Shown here in pieces: positions 8,425-18,259 of a stretch of 64,000 nt of DNA. The stretch covers positions 13,043 to 77,042 of the forward strand of contig CAYRYU010000009.1 of assembly GCA_964428355.1 (NCBI GenBank). The letters run 5' to 3'. A program made the translations under genes and the position numbers. The notes beneath the pieces were generated by a model. That model was not told the origin of the DNA. It did not search any database and saw only the letters and a program-made list of their open reading frames with translations. Source of the stretch: an uncultured bacterium (GTDB taxonomy: Bacteria > Muiribacteriota > Ozemobacteria > Ozemobacterales > Ozemobacteraceae). Every line of letters starts with the position of its first letter. Within the stretch, counting starts at the first letter, position 1.

Positions 8425-10619
8425 CCGAGAAGAACGGCAACTCGCCCGCTCGCTTCCTGGCCTGGCTGGATATTCCCCCCAAGCGGTCGCGCCAGTTCCT
8501 GACGCACCTGATGGCCTTTTTCGCCCTCGTCGTGATCATCCTATTCATCGACCCGGCGGGTTTCAGCCCCGACGTCGGTGAGGGCCAGCCCTGCCCGAAG
8601 AACATTCTCAGCCCGAAGGCCATCAGCTTCGTCGACGAAAGGAAGACGAACGAACTGAGGCGGATAGAGGAGGACAAGGTCGAGCCCGTTTTGAACCATC
8701 TCGAGAACGCCGAAGGGATCATGATGGGCAAGTTCGACCGGTTCATGGAGGACGCCAGCACCTTCTTCCAGGCATGGAAGGACAAGGACACGGCCGCGCT
8801 CCCCGAAACCGATATCCCGGGCTTCTTCAAAGGGGAAAAGCTCCTCGAGCAGGACCAGTTTCGGGAAATGCTTTCCCTGCCGCGGCCCGAGTTCGAGCGG
8901 TTCAAGAACAACTCCCGCCAGCTTCTCGTGAACTTCATCCAAAGCGTGATAACCGACCAGAACCTCGAGATCGTGAAGAACGAGGTGAAGAAGCGGGCCT
9001 TCACTCTCCCCGGGGGAGGCGTTTTCAAGCAGCTGGTAGCCGACGTCGTCAAGAATTCGCTGACGGTAAACGCGATCGTGGATGAGAAGCAGACCAAGGT
9101 TAAGCGCGAGGCCGCCTCGAAATCGGTGACGCCGGTCAAGAAGTCCTTCCAGAAAGGCCAGAAGATCATCGACGAGGGGGTCATCGTTACCGCCGACGAT
9201 ATCTACGTTCTGAAGCTGATCGAAAAGCAGATCCACAAGAACCGGGTTCTCTCCCTGCTTGGGAACATCCTTTTCGCGGGTTTTTTCATCCTCGCCTCCG
9301 TCCTGCACCTGAAGCTCACGAGGCATCAGATCCTCAAGGATCCCGAGCATTACAAGCTTCTTGCGGGGTTCTGGATCGCGGCACTTCTTCTGGGGAAGAT
9401 AGCCTACACCGTTGGAAACGCCTACGACCAGCCCGGGATGTCGATCCTGTTCTCCCCGCTCCCGACCGTGGGAATCCTCATGGCCATCCTCCTCGACTGC
9501 AACCTCGCCCTGTTCAGTTCGACCCTGCTCGGAATACTGCTTTTCATCGTCGGGGAAGCGAACGCGAAGTTCGCCCTCGTGGGGCTCCTGGGAAGCATCG
9601 TCGGAATCCTTTCCTGGGGAACCTCCCTCCGCGAAGGCAACCTCCGCCGCTCAATCGGAGGTTCAGGACTGAAGGTCGGCTTCGCGAACTCCGTGATCCT
9701 GCTCGCACTCCTCCTTCTGGACGCGGAGAATTTCTCGCTCATGAACCTCAGGACCGTCGCGGAGTATGTCGGATGCGGCTTCGCGAACGGAGTCCTGACA
9801 GGAATACTCTCCAACGGAGTCCTTCCCTATATCGAGAATGTATTCTCCCTGGCTACCGGTTCCCGCCTCCTGGAACTTGCCGACCTGTCTCAGCCTCTCC
9901 TCAAGCGGCTCGCAGAGGAAGCACCCGGAACCTATCAGCACAGCATCGTGGTGGGGAACCTCGCCGAGGCCGCAGCCAACGAGATCAACGCCGATGCGCT
10001 TCTCGCAAAAATCGGAGCCTTCTTCCACGACATCGGAAAGCTCAAGAGGCCAAACTACTTCGCGGAAAACCAGAAGGACAAGAACCAGCATGACCAGCTG
10101 ACGCCCTACATGTCCAGCCTTATCCTGGTCGGACATATTCGCGACGGCATGGACCTTGGGCGCGAGAATGGCCTTCCCGAAAGAGTCCTTTCGCTGATGT
10201 CGCAGCACCACGGGACCACCCTCATCAGCTATTTCTACGAGCAGGCGAAAACCGACACTGAAGGCCAGCAGGTTAACGAGGAACGATTCCGCTACCCCGG
10301 CCCGAAGCCCCAGACGAAGGAAGCCGCAATCATCATGCTTGCCGACTCCGTGGAGGCCGCCGCACGGACCCTTCCCCAGCACACCCACCCCCGTATCGAG
10401 GGGCTGGTCAAGAAGATCATCGAGAACAAGCTGAACGACGAGAACCAGCTCGATGAAAGCGACCTGACCCTCAAGGATATCGAGCAGATTGAAAAGACCT
10501 TTGTCAAGGTTCTCAGTTCCATGTATCATGGAAGGGTGGATTACCCGGGGAAATTGTCCAATCAACCCAAGGGGAGCCCAGATGGAAGTCCTAATCAACA
10601 ACCGGCAAAAGAAAATTAG
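8421..10619 (+). CDS. pgpH: 7TM receptor with intracellular HD-hydrolase domain (PgpH/YqfF family, c-di-AMP phosphodiesterase-like)
   Basis: 732 aa with an N-terminal extracellular region, multiple transmembrane helices and an HD domain (HSIVVGNLAEAAA…FFHDIGK…). The phoH-pgpH-ybeY order is conserved. Confidence 0.85.
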   Translation: MTEKNGNSPARFLAWLDIPPKRSRQFLTHLMAFFALVVIILFIDPAGFSPDVGEGQPCPKNILSPKAISFVDERKTNELRRIEEDKVEPVLNHLENAEGIMMGKFDRFMEDASTFFQAWKDKDTAALPETDIPGFFKGEKLLEQDQFREMLSLPRPEFERFKNNSRQLLVNFIQSVITDQNLEIVKNEVKKRAFTLPGGGVFKQLVADVVKNSLTVNAIVDEKQTKVKREAASKSVTPVKKSFQKGQKIIDEGVIVTADDIYVLKLIEKQIHKNRVLSLLGNILFAGFFILASVLHLKLTRHQILKDPEHYKLLAGFWIAALLLGKIAYTVGNAYDQPGMSILFSPLPTVGILMAILLDCNLALFSSTLLGILLFIVGEANAKFALVGLLGSIVGILSWGTSLREGNLRRSIGGSGLKVGFANSVILLALLLLDAENFSLMNLRTVAEYVGCGFANGVLTGILSNGVLPYIENVFSLATGSRLLELADLSQPLLKRLAEEAPGTYQHSIVVGNLAEAAANEINADALLAKIGAFFHDIGKLKRPNYFAENQKDKNQHDQLTPYMSSLILVGHIRDGMDLGRENGLPERVLSLMSQHHGTTLISYFYEQAKTDTEGQQVNEERFRYPGPKPQTKEAAIIMLADSVEAAARTLPQHTHPRIEGLVKKIIENKLNDENQLDESDLTLKDIEQIEKTFVKVLSSMYHGRVDYPGKLSNQPKGSPDGSPNQQPAKEN

Positions 10620-11118
10620 GTTCGATCTCCGCACGCTCCGGAAGATCGCCCTCGAAATGATGAAGTTCGAGGGTGCCCCGGAAAATTCGGAGCTTTCCCT
10701 CGTACTCTGCGATGACGATTTCATCCAGAAGCTCAACCACGACCACCTCGGTGTCAACCGACCCACCGACGTGCTTTCCTTTCCTCTCGACGCCGATGAA
10801 CACGAGACCGAAATCCGCCTCCTGGGGGATATCGTCATCAGCGTGGAGACAGCCGTCCGGCAGGCCGCGAAGCTGAAGCATTCCGTCGAGTTCGAAGTGA
10901 CCTTTCTTCTGGTGCACGGGCTACTCCATCTCATGGGGTACGATCACAAAACCGGCCCCGGCCTGAAAAGAATGAAAGTCCGGGAGGAGACCCTCTGCAA
11001 CCACCTTTTCGAAAAACGAATCCTCCAATGCTCCGGTCCGATAGGGCAATCGACCCTGATCAGGCGAAGCGTCGAACCCCCACCGGGGAAGCCGCCGAAG
11101 CGCCGTATCGATGCCTGA
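10582..11118 (+). CDS. ybeY: rRNA maturation endoribonuclease YbeY (with a ~50-aa C-terminal extension)
   Basis: H-x3-H-x5-H motif (VHGLLHLMGYDH). Start taken at ATG 10582 (AAGGGGA Shine-Dalgarno), overlapping the pgpH 3' end by 38 nt. The track's 10489 start is further upstream in the same frame. Confidence 0.85.
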   Translation: MEVLINNRQKKIRFDLRTLRKIALEMMKFEGAPENSELSLVLCDDDFIQKLNHDHLGVNRPTDVLSFPLDADEHETEIRLLGDIVISVETAVRQAAKLKHSVEFEVTFLLVHGLLHLMGYDHKTGPGLKRMKVREETLCNHLFEKRILQCSGPIGQSTLIRRSVEPPPGKPPKRRIDA

Positions 11119-11184
11119 CGACTACCAAGAACGGCCTCCGGTCGACTTTCCCGGCCGGATGTCTCTCTCCTGCAGAATTCCATT

Positions 11185-12516
11185 ATGATTGATCCCGTTT
11201 TCGGTCTGATCTTCATCTGCCTCCTTTGCCTTTCCGCCTTTTTCTCGGCATCGGAAACCGCTTTCTTTTCGCTGTCGCCGCTCAGGTTGAGAAAAATGGA
11301 GGGGGAAGGGGATGCGGTTGCCTCGGAGATTCTCAGGGTCCTTGCGGACAAGCAGAAGATGCTCATCTCCCTTCTTCTTGGAAACACCTTCGTCAATGTC
11401 GCCGCCACCGCAATGGCGACGAAGTTCCTGCTCGATGTGGTTCCCACCCTGGAGTTCCTTTCCGGATCCACCCTGGGAGCCTCCCCCCACCTCATCGTGG
11501 CCTTGTCCTCGTTTGTGATGACCGTCATCCTTCTCGTTTTCGGGGAAATCACTCCAAAAACCGTCGCAATCTTCAACGCCCAATCTTTCGCAAGATACGC
11601 GGTGAAACCCCTACGTCTCCTGATGTTCCTTCTTACTCCGGTTTCCTTACTGGTTATCAGGGGATTGCAGGCGTTCATCCCGTCCTACGCGGATTGGAAC
11701 CGCAAGCTGGGCTCGTCCACATCAATGGAGGAGATCGATTCGTATTTCACCCTCGGCGAAGAAGTCGGGATCATCGAACGCGATGAAAAGGAGATGATCA
11801 GCTCCGTTTTCGAGTTCGGGGACACTCTCGTCCGCGAAGTCATGGTTCCCCGGCCCGATATCATCGCCGTCCCCCTCGGAATCGGGCTCGACCCGCTGAT
11901 GAAGCTGGTTCGGGACGACGGCCATTCCAGGTTCCCGGTTTTCGACGGCACCCTCGACAAGATCCAGGGCATACTCTACGTCAAGGACATCCTTATCCGT
12001 TTCGACGAGTTGAAGGAGTCCTTCGACCTTCCCAAGCTGCTTCGGCCTGCTTATTTCGTCCCCGAAACGAAGAAGCTCGACGACCTGCTCCGCGAGTTCC
12101 AGAAGCGGAAGCTACACATGGCCATCGTGGTGGACGAATTCGGCGGGATTTCGGGTCTCGTGACCATCGAAGACCTTCTCGAAGAGATCGTCGGGGAGAT
12201 CGTCGACGAGTATGACCAGGACGAACAGGCACCATTCACCACTCTCGATGCCGATACCTTCAGCGTCGATGCCAGGTTCAGCATCCGGGACCTCGAGAAC
12301 GAGATCGGTCTGAAACTCGATTACGAAGACTCCGAAACCGTCGGAGGATACGTGATGGAGCGCCTTGGACGGATCCCAAAGCGTGACGAAAAAGTTGAAG
12401 ACCAGAAGGCCGCCTTCCAGGTGACCGAGGTCAAGGGAAACCGGATCCTCCGAGTGAAAGTAAAAAGGAAAGCACCCGCGCCGCCCCTTCCCGAATCTTC
12501 ACCGGAGGGAACCTGA
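11185..12516 (+). CDS. CorC/HlyC-family transporter-associated protein (DUF21 transmembrane domain, CBS pair, CorC_HlyC domain)
   Basis: 443 aa with an N-terminal 4-TM DUF21, tandem CBS domains and a C-terminal transporter-associated domain. Confidence 0.85.
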   Translation: MIDPVFGLIFICLLCLSAFFSASETAFFSLSPLRLRKMEGEGDAVASEILRVLADKQKMLISLLLGNTFVNVAATAMATKFLLDVVPTLEFLSGSTLGASPHLIVALSSFVMTVILLVFGEITPKTVAIFNAQSFARYAVKPLRLLMFLLTPVSLLVIRGLQAFIPSYADWNRKLGSSTSMEEIDSYFTLGEEVGIIERDEKEMISSVFEFGDTLVREVMVPRPDIIAVPLGIGLDPLMKLVRDDGHSRFPVFDGTLDKIQGILYVKDILIRFDELKESFDLPKLLRPAYFVPETKKLDDLLREFQKRKLHMAIVVDEFGGISGLVTIEDLLEEIVGEIVDEYDQDEQAPFTTLDADTFSVDARFSIRDLENEIGLKLDYEDSETVGGYVMERLGRIPKRDEKVEDQKAAFQVTEVKGNRILRVKVKRKAPAPPLPESSPEGT

Positions 12517-12581
12517 TGCCCCGCCACCGATGGGGCGCCCAGGCCCCGCAATGGCCGGCGGAATACGGGCAGCGGTAGAAC

Positions 12582-13820
12582 GTGGCAACCTTCGTCTACA
12601 TCCTGCTTGGGACCCTTTTCCTGTTCCTGATCGCGGTTTTCGCAGGAACTGAAACGGGGTTCGTCTGCCTCGACGTCCAACTCCTCAGGACCCGGGCACA
12701 GCTTCCCGCCAACACGCGGGAAAGGGCTCTTCTTCGCATCGTCCAGCAACCGGAGAAGTTCCTGGCTCTGACCCTCCTGGGCATAAATATGAGCCTCGTC
12801 ATAGCCACCAGCATTTTCACCAATGTGTTCCAGAATCTTGGCCCGGGTTGGGTCACCATCGGAACCACCGCCGACTCACTTTTCATCTTCCTTTTCTGCG
12901 AACTTCTCCCGAAGATCGCCTTCAATGCACGCCCCATGGACCTCTCCCTCCGCTTCCTCCCCCTCATCGGCCTCTTCGACCGGCTGATGTACTTTCCGGT
13001 CCTGATGATCACAGGGACAACCCGTTTCCTCATGGGCCGGTTCGGTCTTCGGAACGAGAGGGCGGGGAAAAAGATTTCCCGGGGGGAGCTCCTGATCCTC
13101 CTCCACCTGGGAGCTTCGTCCGGTGCCATCCGGGAAAAGCCCCACAAGATGGCCCGTGGCATCATCGGCCTCAAAGACCGGAACGTCGCCGAAGTGATGA
13201 TCCCAAGGGTGCGAATCTCCGCGCTCGACGTCTCCATGCCTCTCGAAAAGGCGCGGAAAAGCGCCCTGGAGTGCGGCTACTCCCGGATACCGGTATTCGA
13301 GGGCACCATCGACCAGATCATCGGAGTGGTCTATTTCAAGGACCTGTTCCTGAAATCCGGGCCGATTTCCTCCCTTAGGGACGTAATGATCCCGCCCCTT
13401 TTCGTACCCGAAATGAAGAACGCCCATCAACTTCTCCAGGAGATGCGGAAGCGGAAGTTCCATCTGGCGGTCGTTCTGGATGAGTACGGCTCCCCAAGCG
13501 GAATCGTCACCCTCGAGGATCTGATCGAGGAGTTCGTCGGAGAGATCCATGATGAACTCGACGAGCCCATGATCGGGGTAAAGCTCAACCCCGACGGCAC
13601 CATGACCATCAGAGGCGACCTAAGCCTGGTCAATCTCCAGACCGACACCGGAATCACCTTTTCCCTCACCCAGGTTGGGATAACCACCCTCAACGGCATC
13701 ATCGTCAGCCAGGTCGGCCGGATCCCCCAAGCGGGAGAATGCATCCTCATCGAAGGCTACAAGTTCGAGGTCCTCTCCGCAGACGCGCGCCGCGTCCTCT
13801 CCGTACGCTTCTTCCCCTGA
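12582..13820 (+). CDS. Second CorC/HlyC-family DUF21-CBS protein (tandem paralogue)
   Basis: 412 aa with the same architecture. GTG start. Confidence 0.8.
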   Translation: MATFVYILLGTLFLFLIAVFAGTETGFVCLDVQLLRTRAQLPANTRERALLRIVQQPEKFLALTLLGINMSLVIATSIFTNVFQNLGPGWVTIGTTADSLFIFLFCELLPKIAFNARPMDLSLRFLPLIGLFDRLMYFPVLMITGTTRFLMGRFGLRNERAGKKISRGELLILLHLGASSGAIREKPHKMARGIIGLKDRNVAEVMIPRVRISALDVSMPLEKARKSALECGYSRIPVFEGTIDQIIGVVYFKDLFLKSGPISSLRDVMIPPLFVPEMKNAHQLLQEMRKRKFHLAVVLDEYGSPSGIVTLEDLIEEFVGEIHDELDEPMIGVKLNPDGTMTIRGDLSLVNLQTDTGITFSLTQVGITTLNGIIVSQVGRIPQAGECILIEGYKFEVLSADARRVLSVRFFP

Positions 13821-13888
13821 GTAGTCGCTTTCCCCTTGTAGGAAATGGACCTGTTCTTCTTTGCGGAAGTTCCCGGGGTCTTGGATTG

Positions 13889-13897
13889 TGATATAAT
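13889..13897 (+). promoter_or_regulatory. Extended -10 promoter element (TGaTATAAT) upstream of the ankyrin genes
   Basis: tgtgatataat at 13887–13897. GGAGGGCAGGAG Shine-Dalgarno and TTG start at 13925. Confidence 0.45.
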
Positions 13898-13924
13898 TCG
13901 TCGGGGGAGGAGGGCAGGAGAATC

Positions 13925-14719
13925 TTGAAACGACGGGTCTTCTCGCTGATGATGTCGGTCGTCGTTTTGGCCGCCTCCGCCGTCTTGGGAGGACCATACG
14001 GGTCTGAACGACAATCCCCCTCCCTTGAGACGCTTCATCTCAACGACGCCATCCGGGCAGGAAAGACCGGCGAGGTCCGGGCTCTCCTCGACCAGGGAGC
14101 CGATGTCAACGCCCTCTTCGACATCGACGGCCCCCCCCTCCACGTCGCGGTCCGGGCGAGAGAGAGCCAGGGAGAAACGATCGCTTCGACCGCGGCCAAG
14201 CGCGCACACATCGAGGTCGTCCTTCATTACCTCGACGAAAAGATTTTCCGGCCCGATGATTCGGACGGTCGGGGGGTTCCCATAATCCATCACGCGGTCA
14301 TTTCCAATTCCCCCGCCCTGCTGAAAGCGCTAGCTTCCGCGGGGGCCGATCTGAACCGCAGGGAAAAGTGGCAAGGCTACACGCCCCTCCTGCGGGGTAT
14401 CGCGGCCGGAATGAAAGACGCAACATACTGCCTCATCGACCTCGGAGCCGATCTGAACGCCTCCGCCAGGGGAGGGGCAGTTTCCCCCCCGGAGGAGGAA
14501 GGACGCACCCCCCTTCACCTTGCCGCGCTCATCCACGACGTGCAACTGGTGCAACGCCTGCTTGACCGCGGGGCAGACCCCAACGTCCGGAACGGGGCGG
14601 GGAAAACCCCTCTGGGGGTAGCGAAGGAGTTCCGGAAGAGGAGGACCTCGTTCTTCCGCTGGAAATCGGAGTATGACGGAGTGATATCGCTCCTGAAGAA
14701 CCGGGGCGGAGTTGAATGA
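13925..14719 (+). CDS. Exported ankyrin-repeat protein (signal peptide plus ~6 ANK repeats)
   Basis: N-terminal hydrophobic signal (MKRRVFSLMMSVVVLAASAVLG) followed by ANK motifs (…TPLHLAA…G…LL..GAD.N…). Confidence 0.8.
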   Translation: MKRRVFSLMMSVVVLAASAVLGGPYGSERQSPSLETLHLNDAIRAGKTGEVRALLDQGADVNALFDIDGPPLHVAVRARESQGETIASTAAKRAHIEVVLHYLDEKIFRPDDSDGRGVPIIHHAVISNSPALLKALASAGADLNRREKWQGYTPLLRGIAAGMKDATYCLIDLGADLNASARGGAVSPPEEEGRTPLHLAALIHDVQLVQRLLDRGADPNVRNGAGKTPLGVAKEFRKRRTSFFRWKSEYDGVISLLKNRGGVE

Positions 14720-17385
14720 CCCCTCCTCGAGCCTTTTTGGTTCCTCTCATGATCCTGAATCTCTTGTCGGGCGACCTCCAAAGCGTTCGCGGGGAGGACG
14801 GGGAAGGGGTGAAGACGACGGTGACCCCAATCGGCGACGGAGTTTTCATGACGACGATAGAATTCAAACCCGGCAGGAAAAGACCCGATCCGAGCACTCT
14901 CTTTCCGCTTCACAATGCCGCCAGGGATGGAAACCTCGAGCGCTTGGTCGGTCTGGCGACCGGCGGGTGCAACCTCCGGAGGAACGATTTCGAGAACCGG
15001 ACTCCCCTTCACCATGCGGCCATGCACGGCAAAACCGAAATCGCCCGGCTCCTTCTGGATAAAGGCGGAATGAGCGACCAGGCCGATCTGGTGGGAAACA
15101 CCCCCCTTCACTACGCCCTCGCCACCGGTGCGGCCGATCTCGTCCGGATCCTCCTCGATGCTGGAGCCGATCCGAAAAAGGTCGGATCCGATGGCAACAC
15201 CTGTCTGCATCTCGCTGCCAGGTCGGGAATGGCGGATTTGGTCGGCCTATTGCTCTCGCAAGGTGCCGATCCGCGGCGGCTCAACGCGAAGCAGGAGTCT
15301 CCCCTGCTCTCGGCTGTCCGAAGCGGGAATCTGCAAGCCGTCCGCCTGCTCCTCGACGCGGGTGGCGATCCCGAAGTCCCCGACCGGAGCGGGACAACCC
15401 CACTGTCCGCCACCGCGGAAAAGGATCTTCCCGAGATCGCCCAAGAGCTCCTTTCCCGCGGAGCATCCGCGAGTTCGCGACTTCCGGGCCGCCGGAATCC
15501 CTTCGATATGGCCCTGGAAAGCGGCTCCATCCGGATGGTCCGCCTCATTGCGGCGCGGGACGGCCGGCTTCTTTCGGACTCCTACGAGGGCGAAACCTCC
15601 CCCCTTCATCGGGCCTGTCGAAAAGGGAACCTGGAATTGGCCCGGTATCTTCTCGAGCAGGGTGCCTCGATCAACGGAAGGGACCATTCAGGCAACACCC
15701 CACTTCATGAAGCCGCCGCGTGCCGGGATGCGGCCCTCGCCGAGTTCCTGATCGACCGGGGCGCGGACATCGAAGCTCACGGCGGAGAAGACGCCACGCC
15801 CATCCACGAGGCCGCCCGGCAGGACTTTCCCGCCATGATCCGATTGCTCATTTCCAAGGGGGCGAGCCCCCGGGGCACGATGACCTACGGGCAGACCGCC
15901 CTCCACGTTGCCGCAGAGGCCAGGGCCGCATCGGCGACGGAAGCCCTGCTCGAGCTGGGCTTCGATCCCACCACTCCCGACAGCAAGGGAAACACCCCGC
16001 TCCATCTTGCCGCCAGATACGGCACGAAGCCGATCTGCGAGAGTCTGCTCGCAGCCGGAGGCCGGACCGACCTGAAGAACGCCGAAGGGTTCGACGTGTT
16101 CATGATGGCGGCGCAGAATTCCGACAAGACTCTGGGAGATGCGCTTCGCGCCCACCCCGTCTCACCCACGCCTTCGCCGGTTCCCGCTTCTCCTGCCGGC
16201 GGTTCTGCCGGGTACCCACTTCACTCGGCGGTCGAAAACGGGAATCCCGATCTCATCGAGTATTTGTTGAAACATGGCACGCCGGTTAACGCGAAAGATG
16301 CGCAGGGAATGACGGCGCTCAACAGGGCGATGGATTTCTGCCGACCGGAGATCGTCCGGTTGCTGCTCGATCACGGAGCCGACCCGAACGCCCCCGGCCG
16401 CGCGGGCCGGCCGCCTCTTCACAACGCCGCCATGGACGGTTACGTCGAGGTCGCCCGGCTCCTCCTCGATCACGGCGCGGACATCGACCGCCCCGGCCTG
16501 CGGGGAGTGAGGGCGGTTCACGAGGCGATCTTCTGCAACCGTCCCGAGATGCTCGAGTTCCTCATCGAACGGGGAGCCGACATCCGGAAAGCCGCCCCGG
16601 GCGGCCTGACTCCCATGATGGCGGCGGCTTCGGTCGGAGCCCGCGACCTCATCCGGATACTGGTCAAGCATGGGGTCGAACCCCTGGCGGCGGGTGAAGG
16701 CGCGGAAACTCCGCTCTACACAGCAGCCGCAAATGGAAAGACGGAGGCGGCGAAGTCGCTGATCGAGCTGGGGGCGGACCCGAACCTCCCCGGGCCCGGT
16801 GGAAGGACCCCCCTTCACCTAGCCGCCCTCCTCGGAAACACGCAACTCATCGACCTTCTGTTCGAGAAGAAGGTCAGGGTCGACCCGGTGGATTCCCGGG
16901 GTCGCATCCCCCTCCACGAGGCCGCTGGGTGTTTCCGCCACCTCGTGACCGAATTCTTCCAGAGCGACCCCGATCACTGGGAGAATCGCGCGCGGGAAGC
17001 CTACTTCGAGTTCCAGCTCATGCTCATCACCAGACCTCATCCGGGAATGCTGGAATCCATCGACCGGCTGCTGAAAGCGGGTTCCCCTCTCGACGCAGCG
17101 GATGCCTCGGGGGCAACCCCCCTCCACTTCGCCGTCCTCGGCGGAGAACCGGAAGCGGTCGAGCGGTTGGTGGCAAGCGGGGCGAATCTCCTGACGAAGG
17201 ACAAGGCCGGCCGGACTCCCCGGGAATTGGCCCGCCACCTTCTCGCGAATCTGTCGAACAACCGGAAGACCGCGGGACCCCGCCTGAACGGGCCTGAAAA
17301 CCAGATTCTCGCCGTCCTGGAAGATCGGATGAAGCAGATCGTGGAAAAACTGGGGGTCTTGGAGAAGGCCCCGCAACGCCGATGA
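14716..17385 (+). CDS. Large ankyrin-repeat protein (889 aa, more than 20 ANK repeats, N-terminal signal-like segment)
   Basis: Repeated TPLH.AA…G….LL..GAD motifs throughout. 4-nt overlap with the upstream ankyrin gene. Confidence 0.85.
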   Translation: MTPPRAFLVPLMILNLLSGDLQSVRGEDGEGVKTTVTPIGDGVFMTTIEFKPGRKRPDPSTLFPLHNAARDGNLERLVGLATGGCNLRRNDFENRTPLHHAAMHGKTEIARLLLDKGGMSDQADLVGNTPLHYALATGAADLVRILLDAGADPKKVGSDGNTCLHLAARSGMADLVGLLLSQGADPRRLNAKQESPLLSAVRSGNLQAVRLLLDAGGDPEVPDRSGTTPLSATAEKDLPEIAQELLSRGASASSRLPGRRNPFDMALESGSIRMVRLIAARDGRLLSDSYEGETSPLHRACRKGNLELARYLLEQGASINGRDHSGNTPLHEAAACRDAALAEFLIDRGADIEAHGGEDATPIHEAARQDFPAMIRLLISKGASPRGTMTYGQTALHVAAEARAASATEALLELGFDPTTPDSKGNTPLHLAARYGTKPICESLLAAGGRTDLKNAEGFDVFMMAAQNSDKTLGDALRAHPVSPTPSPVPASPAGGSAGYPLHSAVENGNPDLIEYLLKHGTPVNAKDAQGMTALNRAMDFCRPEIVRLLLDHGADPNAPGRAGRPPLHNAAMDGYVEVARLLLDHGADIDRPGLRGVRAVHEAIFCNRPEMLEFLIERGADIRKAAPGGLTPMMAAASVGARDLIRILVKHGVEPLAAGEGAETPLYTAAANGKTEAAKSLIELGADPNLPGPGGRTPLHLAALLGNTQLIDLLFEKKVRVDPVDSRGRIPLHEAAGCFRHLVTEFFQSDPDHWENRAREAYFEFQLMLITRPHPGMLESIDRLLKAGSPLDAADASGATPLHFAVLGGEPEAVERLVASGANLLTKDKAGRTPRELARHLLANLSNNRKTAGPRLNGPENQILAVLEDRMKQIVEKLGVLEKAPQRR

Positions 17386-17506
17386 CCTTTCCCGACTCCA
17401 ACCGGACTTTTCCCGAAAGGCTGGAATGCTGTCCCCCATGGTTCACGAAGTTGCGAAATCTGCCGAGAGTTGCAAACGGCGGGTGAAACGGGTAGGTTAG
17501 CTGATT

Positions 17507-18241
17507 ATGAGCGAAGAAGAGATGAAGGAATCTCACGACCAGAGATTGAAGAAGATTCTCCGCACGCTGGCCGAATCCCTCAACGGCTTGTATGGCATCC
17601 TCCGGAACTACTTTCTGACCGGAATGCTGATCCTTATCCCTCTCGCAGTGACGGTGTTCATTTTCGTCCAACTTTTCCTGTTCGCCGACAGCATCCTGGG
17701 AGATGCGCTTTCAAGGGCTCTCGGCTACCAGATTCCAGGAGCAGGTCTGTTCGTGACCCTCCTCATTTTCATCATGGCAGGGGCCATCGCCCAGAACGTT
17801 CTCGGCCGCCGGCTTCTGAAATGGATCGAGTTTTCTCTCGAGAGCGTTCCGATCGTGAGGTCGGTATACCTCGGGGCAAAAGAGGTTTCCGGGGTGTTCT
17901 TCCAGAACAAGAAGGGTGAATTCAAGCGCGTGGTTCTGGTCGAATATCCCAAAGAGGACAGTTGGGTCGTGGCTTTCGTGACGGGCGATTTTCCGACCGA
18001 AACCTACACCCCGGCCTTCAAGGGGAACGACATGATCTGCGTATTCGTCCCCACCACCCCCAACCCCACCTCGGGATTCCTCCTCATCCTCGAAAAGGCG
18101 AAAGTCCGTGACACGCTTCTCGGGGTCGAGGAAGCGATGAAGTTGATCATCTCCGGAGGATTGGTCCGACCGGGCCTCCCGGCCCAGTTGGCCCCGGGAG
18201 CAACGATCCCACCACAGGAGGATTTCACGATCCCTCATTGA
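17507..18241 (+). CDS. DUF502-family membrane protein
   Basis: 244 aa. LRNYFLTGMLILIPLAVTVFIF… matches the DUF502 N-terminal motif. Confidence 0.7.
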   Translation: MSEEEMKESHDQRLKKILRTLAESLNGLYGILRNYFLTGMLILIPLAVTVFIFVQLFLFADSILGDALSRALGYQIPGAGLFVTLLIFIMAGAIAQNVLGRRLLKWIEFSLESVPIVRSVYLGAKEVSGVFFQNKKGEFKRVVLVEYPKEDSWVVAFVTGDFPTETYTPAFKGNDMICVFVPTTPNPTSGFLLILEKAKVRDTLLGVEEAMKLIISGGLVRPGLPAQLAPGATIPPQEDFTIPH

Positions 18242-18259
18242 GGGAGGGATTTTCACACC

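Noticed and set aside
8276-10934. Long antisense ORFs (302 aa and 423 aa) opposite pgpH and ybeY
   Set aside because: They are on the opposite strand of strongly supported genes and have low-complexity Ser/Arg-rich translations.
16275-16295. TGGCACG motif inside the large ankyrin gene
   Set aside because: No GC dinucleotide lies at the -12 position (TTAAC follows), and it is located inside a coding sequence.
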